Shown piece by piece: positions 60,701 to 64,000 of a stretch of DNA of 64,000 bases. A program made the position numbers and the translations under genes. This stretch comes from a virus. The notes below the pieces were generated by a model, which saw only the letters and a list, made by a program, of their open reading frames with translations, searched no databases and was not told where the DNA came from. The stretch lies in the IMG/VR virus record IMGVR_UViG_3300040802_000094, positions 20,956 to 84,955 of that record; one strand, given 5' to 3'. Numbering within the stretch: position 1 is the stretch's first letter; every line of letters begins with the position of its first letter.

Positions 60701-63700
60701 CGCCGGGATTCAAGGTCGTCGCCCCGATGGAAACGATCGGCCTCGCGAAGGGAAGTGTCCTTTCGGGGGGGGAGGTGGTCAAAGGTCGCTACATGCGATT
60801 GTTCGAGGAACAGCAACGGGTCGGCGAACGACTCAAGGCCGCACGCGAGTCGTCGGCGGCGTGGAAAGTCGGAGTTGCCGCGAAGTCCTTGGCGGGAATT
60901 CAAACTGCATGGAAGCAGGAGGCGGCGGGAATCTCCGATCGCGCCCAAATCGAGGCGATCGCCGCGAAATACAAAGAGCAAATGGCGCGAGCGCTCGAAC
61001 CCCTCGACGGAAAAATGCAGGCGATCGCCCGCGTCAGCGCCACGGTTTTGCGAGTGTCGATCGCCGCAGGTCGGGGCATGGGGCGAGTAGCCAAAACCTT
61101 ATTCGGCATGGTTCGAGACCGCGTTCGCGGCATCGGCGAAGTCGTCAACCTCTCCAAGTTTCAATTGCTGCTCGCCAAGCAACGGCAAAAACTTGAAGGA
61201 TTGAAGCACAAAAGGGAAGGCGAACTGCAACTGCGGCGAAGCGGGCGCAACATCACTCCTTTGATCGAAATGGCATCCGCCGCGATCGCGAAACTCGAAC
61301 AGGATATCGAGGGGACGCAAAAGACGATCGCCCGTCTGAGCGAGCAGATGTCGGCAAGACAAAGGGCAGTAGCGACGTTTTTCTCTCAATCGGCGGCGAA
61401 GGTTCGCAGCGCGTGGAGATTCACGACCGGATTCGTCGGAAGCCTGTGGAATACCCTCGTAGGCTGGGCAGGCAAGATCGGTCCGAAGATCCGATCCTTT
61501 CTCAATCACGGCGCCGCCACGGCGACCAAGATCGCCTGGGACGACACGACGGGCGCCGTCAAGCAAGATATGGCCTCGATCGAAGCGCAAGCCAAAAAGT
61601 CGGGGCGGGCGACGGGCGCGGCGATGGTCAACTCCGCCGAACAAGTCAAGAGCAGCCAGTCGAAACTGCTACAGCATTCGATCGGCTTCGCCAATCGAGT
61701 GGGGGGTGCCATCTCCCACGTCGGGAGGGCGGGTTTCGCGGTTGGTTCGGCGATTTCTGCCGTATCTTTCGGCGCCCAACAGGCGGCTTCTTCGTTGGGA
61801 TCCATGGGGATTATTTCGGAGGAGTCGGCAGCGCGATTTTACAAACTTTCCGAAATAACGATGATTTTTGGGGGTATCGGCAGCGCGATCGTCCCGATCT
61901 TCGGAGCGCTGGGGGCGTCGCTGACTGCGTTTGGAAGCCTTGCGGCAGTCGTTTTTTCTCCCTTATCGCTGACGATCGTCGCGGTCGTTGCGGGCTTGCT
62001 CCTACTCAATAAAGCGGTCGAATCGCTGTTTGGCATCAACGTCTTAGGAACGGCGCTCGACAGTGCGATTGCGCCGTTCGGGAGTCAGATCGACTGGGTG
62101 AAAGAAAAATGGGCGTCGCTACAAAACTGGATCGGCGGCATTTGGGCGAGCAAATTCGGCGAAGTCATGCGTCCCTATACGAGACAGATCGTTGGAGCGT
62201 GGCAGTGGGCATCCTCGGCAATCCAAAGCAGCCTGGGTTGGCTGATCCGTCCGGCGACCAGGATCGCGGAAATGTTGGTCAACCTGCTCAACCATAACCC
62301 TACCGAGCGGATTCCGAATGCTTGGGAACATGCCGTCGAACGAATCAAGGACGCCCTGTTCGGGCTTCCGGTCATCGGGGCGCTCGTCGGTGGCATACTT
62401 CGGCATAAACTCGGATTTCTGACGGCGATTCCCCTGACGATCGCCTTCAGGGGGGCGTTGTGGGGACTCGCCAAGACTTTCGTCGGACTCGGAGCCAAAG
62501 CCCTCCCCGTCGTCGGGTGGATTTTTGCCATTTTTAGTGGGATTCGGCTTCTCAATGCCGCGATCGCCAAACTGACGGGGTACGACGCACTGGGTGCGTT
62601 GGGGGCGAAGATGGCTCCTGCGCTGACGGCGATCTCGGAGAGAATTGCGCGATTGAGGTACGACGTCGTCGCGACGTTCGGAGGGATAGCCAGGCAGGTC
62701 GAAAATGCTTTGGGTTGGATTCCGGCTTTCGCCGAAAATGTGAAAAGCGTGCTGTCGAAACTATTTTCGGGGGCGGTACTCGGTGCGGGAGTTACGGCGA
62801 TCGCCTTTGGGGTGAGTCAGCTCTTCAGGCACGCCAATTTGCTGATCGGGTTGATTTCCAAGCTGGGTTTTATCGTCCCCCTCGTCTTCAATCCCTTTGT
62901 TGGAGCCGTGACGGGTATCGTCACGGCGGTAGAGTTGGCCAACGCCGCCATTCGTCACTTTTTCGGAGCCGACTTGCTCCAAGGAATCCACGCCCGGATC
63001 GGCAGCGCCATCGAGCGCGCCGCGATCGCGCCCGTCGAATGGCTTCGCGCGGCTTGGAGTACGACCGTCGAAGCGATCGCGGCCAAAATTGTGGGGCTGG
63101 CGGACTTTATCGAAATCAAAGTTGGAGGCGTCCTCGAATTTCTGTTCTCTCCCGGACGGTGGGTTGCGGGGATTGCCGGAGCGATCGGAGGAGCATTGGG
63201 CTTTGGGGGCGGCAGTGCGGGGGAAGGCGAGGCGCAAAACCACGGAGCAACCGCTTCAGGAATTGCAGACGTCTACAATTTTGCCGCCGCCCGCGTCGTG
63301 AGGGCTTGGTTTGCCACCTTCGACGGCATCAGGCAGGGAATGATGTGGTTGGTGCAACCCGCTCTCGACGTCGCCACGATGTTGATCGACGCGCTCAACC
63401 ACAACCCTACCGAACGCATCCCCGAAGCGTGGAACGGGGCGATCGCCAACATCAAGGAATCGATTTTGGGGCTGCCGTTGATCGGCGGGGCGGTGGGCTT
63501 GGCGATGGGCGAATCCTTGAAGCCCCCGCAGTGGCTCGGAGAAGCTTGGGGTTCGGTCGCGGGATTCTTCGATAAAAAAGAGCAGCCCGAGGTTTCGATT
63601 CCCGAGCCGATAAAAGCGGTAACCGAAGTGGTGACGGAACCCAAGCCCATCGACAGCAAGCCCTTTTGGAGCAATTGGTTCGGCGGGGCGCAGGCCGCGA

Positions 63701-64000
63701 TCGCCGAGAAGGGCGGCTGGTTTGGGGACGCGATCGCGGGGTTCTTCGGCGGCACGAAAGAAGCGAGTAGCCTTCCCGTCCCCGAAATCCCTGCCGTCTC
63801 CTTCGACTGGAGCGATCGCCTGCGAGAGCAGCAGGCGAAGGCGGGCAGTCCGGAGCTGGCTAATTTCTACCAACGTCTAATTGACAGTGGCGCGAGCGAT
63901 CGCCTCTCTAGCGCCGACCTCGCCAACTTGAGCGTGGGCAACTTTACGGAAGTGTCGGGGGTGCGGCAGCAACTGCAAGCCTACCAATCCGAGATCGAAC
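48787..64000 (+). CDS. Giant tail tape measure protein (TP901-family core), 3'-truncated, >5,070 aa
   Basis: Frame +1 from ATG 48787 (MADQYGIQATF); core FDAKMAGVAAVSGA...TKFSASQAAEAQSFLGMAGF...LPATLDLAAAG...ANTSVSQLGEAF...GIQASAAGTALR; Ala/Ile/Trp amphipathic repeats. No stop was seen in spot checks and the track lists no closed frame +1 ORF here. Confidence 0.9.
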   Translation, partial: MADQYGIQATFLFDVPTEAFSTIDRVISQLQELDRVVRQIEGGMSGGGFGQQLKKSMATASKSVTGVGRAVGTIADEAKEAKKRLKPLKEEFAAIRAEARNVEFGEDIFDEKKIKQAERAIRQYKRSLDRLGESVRGSSAPERKFLADLQKQKQVMDSRVEMQRTQRTAARASQRIGEFAALEGAGKAIAAPLTAIAKDAIAVFAGFDAKMAGVAAVSGAKGEDLKALRSLAKKMGASTKFSASQAAEAQSFLGMAGFKTNQILEALPATLDLAAAGNLDLGQAADIASNAISAFGLKAEETRRVADVMAKVAASANTSVSQLGEAFAYAAPAAHDFGMRMEEATALLGVAGNIGIQASAAGTALRAGAIELTKADKQNMLLEKLGVTVVDAETGVARNIISIVGDIRDSMRTRFRGENFLAEMEAIQEKVKTQGGNIEEELKKLEEKYPQQAEGLTTLANVFGKTAVSFWSGQVSQYEVLVHDSLQALAATVDTNALEEVMYASIEGLREAEGKDLFGKLATQAGSYEGAVKLLQVGLRGLSESGRETTGAAEAMAKIMSNNLEGAFVSLGSAIEGFKIAYIEPISPLIAGVVNGITEIVRFLTQLPAPIRFLIGIAGTLAVTLSALAIAVGGMGIVLFGFSNAMATAKAATIALNGAAIPLTGFFEKAMGAWEGTSPIETALKTSSFAVEDFQEAATLAFSEVWSGLKTFAVRTKAATFAMAQNFLMVSRAFATSPLGISIISIIALNELMRRAVPGVNLFAAAASALGGVLGFVSGIFQGLGDVVMEVIGDNLKAVFAVFSTPLLQAEDSIVSFLSAFRDLSTVGRKIGRDLGRIILSPFTLLKNTISGVLGIGLDFISDRLSLIASVIKLFTDFMTGRMAGPEDFVKNRWNVVGQMAMHVLASWRIAVGIIQGLWNFLVSIAIRVGGAIVGALNHGAADVTRIAWQKTAIAVLEYMKQMAIAAWEFGRQIAITLAGRAVGFAIAAWDALSEKLKVVAAIGRNAIAGLEMPDWVASAWTAIATSISLVVESFRSLKIPDLEGIDFSSLGFSLSGVGLSSKAFLDWVANAASEKFALLESAAIFGWSQMQRAGSLTADAWRSVEATLFSVWQNIANFASRIGEAIVGALNHGAADVTRAAWQNAAIAVIGYMKQMAIAAWDMAMEIVAPIATIVVTEVQKSWAEIARNFGDIGKVVESALPGIGIPTWIVNGWKAVSTAIASVGDTLASLRVPSFGGLDFSRASVSLAGVGLSSNAAKDAIAATASEGFDKMRGAAISSWEEMDRAAERTAQAWKDTRDSFLSVWQFVAGFASRIGGAIVNALNHGAADVTEAAWIRATAAIVESIKGIVGTAIAASSAIVGSMAIAVSERLGDAWTFASTKAGDLSAVATSAVAAMEVPQWILDVWHAIADAISSAGQALKAIEMPNFGGLDFSAIGSSLLASIAGLRSNLSPITAGIAPTPSSTLVAWGAKDVIEEGWDRPHRAIDAIESRKVTYSKNFNPETGAIIIPSNPIGDKLWEFREKLSNFPAWLEGQKRQLEEEKRIEAERREANRLKREMAKQQAAEERANSPNFFQKMWIRAVGAIEVKARAVGDRVSNFISEAALGLFGQGTIDFWTTQFDLYGQAIDNGVAKYREIIDVAQGVEGATASWQQKLVAIVLAIKEIFTSLNQVRKNFMAAEESFIEKYFEHFSVSAMMASVAASMPMGLLGAKLPGLKIPGGLDKMASETVRKVGMGEFSPIFEAIESPGIPTGLMRMLPGIVAIATSQGFFDGLNQGVSHFLENSEIHAKAFANNFFNALGPGLSQVLDQQFGLTREKVDTFLTDLFQGGLFTWKEGGEGWEAEYSVMTSGLLEYFQGVGETLNDVSEGFKPIFHAFATWKPIPFLPPIAELLVVESFIAGIGDLLQSPALRGIGKFVLVTLPGSILAVVGAISGMVLAAIALIGKLAISALKALGILKDQTKEAGGVFVRAIGVAFTWIEKLMARIPYVGKHLAKAMRWSFDLLGRVFDYLGQKMPIVFGQVQKYGGIVWNVFQTSIFPVIKNLTDEMFSGARYLFDKGFLPLFKFLQLILGPKLWLLYIRTKGLKGVTKGINPIDIGITLGEGIINGISHVLTGRPANLIRTLIGAIVGEAFPMDVLQSKMRSANMILATVQQQKQFMRTGKVPKIEGITVQVLNTLRLISPLTQIAARLTLTLSMWYSLLKPITPGMLLAIRHWEEIHYKISVISPALGILRFIFVDTIDLAIAAGKAFYQAFQFIGWAVGGATTQIVKGIQLVIWGMTIAARAATLAILVPIRALLEGLRLGMLVFRELTKTVGSVVLDIKNNLDAIVKDIGEGFWTFFKEGDIRPFAKAIFTAIFRIGKISLDMAFLYFGILRREFIIWAFITGKALFSTLVKEGPTIVWRTLKFIVSLTFEAISWVGRQIASAIDRAFAAIRNRIVAPTIAAVLHFHKTLTDTIQALQGASRPAAALQAIILETLAAVAAVALLFPKYGLLSKTGAYAWAQSLFAQKMSLLTLLKIGGPIGFFAFAAYEALTGFKEIDAVLNKIGLSIKDVENLFLRLLNNLTAKPDFGLAERIGGFLKGAIQIFPIVLGALTVFGALIKKDIFFGVKLVFTAIGKTINAVSHLVFLFRSIKELIFSISLKPQVLKGIHVARSLTGTYGSEEEKQTRGAEAAMAKDALKLQKIVRRNQDRLDTQKIIQQAKQHPELFGDLTRRERVRKGGFLGFGASLREETVLSNKGHQLLAKMRQGAYETGSGEFADASLIGHASKIGGTLIGLAPERLRELAKEASPDLEDLSNALERMKLQKVSKSEVQKMYVANLVGFGGQGRSGETLNKEQIVSRLVQGEKSPLFVREGQKLSRKKFLRSQGVDLGDEPYGEHGPYTGIPEATIEKTEPYERLYAYLKNASGIPLQYESTFSAIQDQIQQGGAISNWKFQTQDTILDMISDPQEKGKIVGAIDRALARIKEANLYQSSPTLIPAGDESTGIAMGFLAEEVSKAYKDLSIEEMGRMTPAHFENLKKQVEQTIAQDVTQATNRAFSSHKVDPEFIAIVKSSKVKPGILGIFDPVFKTLKKSLGGALDSVIDTVPFLAQIVRGKEARLNAQRADSINARIKALRDEKRIGRKDVDRIRALQREANLSKDRSRQSRSYRGIAQILEVDPAAIANPSLSLEDMTYVKERRNEMIREFRRQQGSIQTAFTHEDLTIPFDDEKLSAIDKLIETGYFDPKASYVTKKVGNKSISEKWLTSLSKASSLRESELIEMFSAEAILKSRQRSLKEQILIFTGLKKSEINYGRQLKELTNNLQRLQRLHETKQLKARERERTLLLQREKAFSEHFRKLGIGEQSFFAGLERIQRERLLDFKRTGNLEKAVPKGERQQFNQIIQQLSGHGTAKSFMAALAEKKATASPEVLKSIKEIEEQFAAIDVNPQIFQKQKNRNRLIETLRQEISDAGLTTGPQQNLQAAQQTIARIVTGWGDVSEQKEYSRLFYQFAVKGKETMAMADAELAEMAKNLKLVDNLADEADAADAMREFGTRSLRSYPKTFADSLVDFQKSVQKIFITADLSVKRIFKEMSNVNMLGFHPLRKVSDLIRHQFYSPIHNLFVGVNRQFESAIAKIGQLNIESKRKTKDFFVNLPGVKQVLDVRKSHEQEAGRSLEALIKKVGVGSLGEFERNFTNALKDPNVGDKKFKSRQVSEILRSMFLSGDRGIAEEIRGSSDAEVSGSLDAVVKAFARTLEISETEARQLFGKDENTKLLTKPLKSLGRKYLEAVTVEPIKWLFHAIPKIPGQIMAAPSKIKAGIEEIKAIPDRTTSWMTGIADSISSAFRKLSENVNKSVSKVQGATRISWGDRLKNFFIGIGDFFLFGKTASTLKTRLSRLQKINKKVETSTRAALVDGKIQKIPRFQPRRAEQYRQIPPTYALKSGLDPRSVSPEVLRALQPQPTAIAPGLAPPSPGGAIAPGFKVVAPMETIGLAKGSVLSGGEVVKGRYMRLFEEQQRVGERLKAARESSAAWKVGVAAKSLAGIQTAWKQEAAGISDRAQIEAIAAKYKEQMARALEPLDGKMQAIARVSATVLRVSIAAGRGMGRVAKTLFGMVRDRVRGIGEVVNLSKFQLLLAKQRQKLEGLKHKREGELQLRRSGRNITPLIEMASAAIAKLEQDIEGTQKTIARLSEQMSARQRAVATFFSQSAAKVRSAWRFTTGFVGSLWNTLVGWAGKIGPKIRSFLNHGAATATKIAWDDTTGAVKQDMASIEAQAKKSGRATGAAMVNSAEQVKSSQSKLLQHSIGFANRVGGAISHVGRAGFAVGSAISAVSFGAQQAASSLGSMGIISEESAARFYKLSEITMIFGGIGSAIVPIFGALGASLTAFGSLAAVVFSPLSLTIVAVVAGLLLLNKAVESLFGINVLGTALDSAIAPFGSQIDWVKEKWASLQNWIGGIWASKFGEVMRPYTRQIVGAWQWASSAIQSSLGWLIRPATRIAEMLVNLLNHNPTERIPNAWEHAVERIKDALFGLPVIGALVGGILRHKLGFLTAIPLTIAFRGALWGLAKTFVGLGAKALPVVGWIFAIFSGIRLLNAAIAKLTGYDALGALGAKMAPALTAISERIARLRYDVVATFGGIARQVENALGWIPAFAENVKSVLSKLFSGAVLGAGVTAIAFGVSQLFRHANLLIGLISKLGFIVPLVFNPFVGAVTGIVTAVELANAAIRHFFGADLLQGIHARIGSAIERAAIAPVEWLRAAWSTTVEAIAAKIVGLADFIEIKVGGVLEFLFSPGRWVAGIAGAIGGALGFGGGSAGEGEAQNHGATASGIADVYNFAAARVVRAWFATFDGIRQGMMWLVQPALDVATMLIDALNHNPTERIPEAWNGAIANIKESILGLPLIGGAVGLAMGESLKPPQWLGEAWGSVAGFFDKKEQPEVSIPEPIKAVTEVVTEPKPIDSKPFWSNWFGGAQAAIAEKGGWFGDAIAGFFGGTKEASSLPVPEIPAVSFDWSDRLREQQAKAGSPELANFYQRLIDSGASDRLSSADLANLSVGNFTEVSGVRQQLQAYQSEIE
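63261..63280. repeat. Palindrome copy 4 (one mismatch), inside the tape measure gene
   Basis: AATTGCAGACGTCTACAATT. Confidence 0.7.

Larger units (their letters stand above)
1..64000. mobile_element. Large cyanobacterial myovirus-like phage/prophage region, HIP1-rich
   Basis: MCP, protease, baseplate J/gp25/hub, TMP, fibres and lysin; GCGATCGC occurs very often throughout except in the intron. Confidence 0.9.

Noticed and set aside
48870-63873. Many ORF-track ORFs on the minus strand and frames +2/+3
   Set aside because: Shadow ORFs of the frame +1 tape measure gene, produced by GC-rich, HIP1-rich codon usage.
1-64000. GCGATCGC repeats as a novel repeat system
   Set aside because: This is the known cyanobacterial HIP1 octamer; it is useful only as a host marker.
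1-64000. Extracellular contractile injection system or tailocin rather than a phage
   Set aside because: A capsid protein, prohead protease and head-tail connectors are present.

Overview
This window is a 64-kb segment of a large tailed phage, prophage or phage-plasmid of a cyanobacterium. The host call rests on the very dense HIP1 octamer GCGATCGC, a cyanobacteriochrome GAF domain and a cyanobacterial-type group II intron. From left to right it holds: three paralogous proteins sharing an N-terminal 'YxADWL...RDxSG(R/K)FAS' motif; a solo DUF262 gene; a complete group IIB intron (5048-7619) with RT/maturase/HNH ORF; tail-type genes; a C39-peptidase endolysin candidate followed directly by a DXCF cyanobacteriochrome histidine kinase, an Rcp1-like receiver and a receiver/coiled-coil/TM protein; a head module (protease with nested scaffold, major capsid protein, connectors, holin-like gene); a baseplate hub fused to an M15 peptidase; three beta-propeller paralogs, fibres and a beta-helix tailspike; an accessory region with a triple-pseudoknot ncRNA, inverted baseplate J/gp25 genes, an SF2 helicase, an anticodon-less tRNA-like RNA, a Dam-family methylase with a duplicated recognition segment and three divergent beta-clamp-like ORFs; and a TP901-type tape measure ORF (48787 to beyond 64000, >5,070 codons) that the ORF track omits. 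The best novelty candidates are the phage-borne light-sensing phosphorelay next to the lysis gene and the two stand-alone structured ncRNAs. All calls come from reading motifs by eye; no database searches were run.
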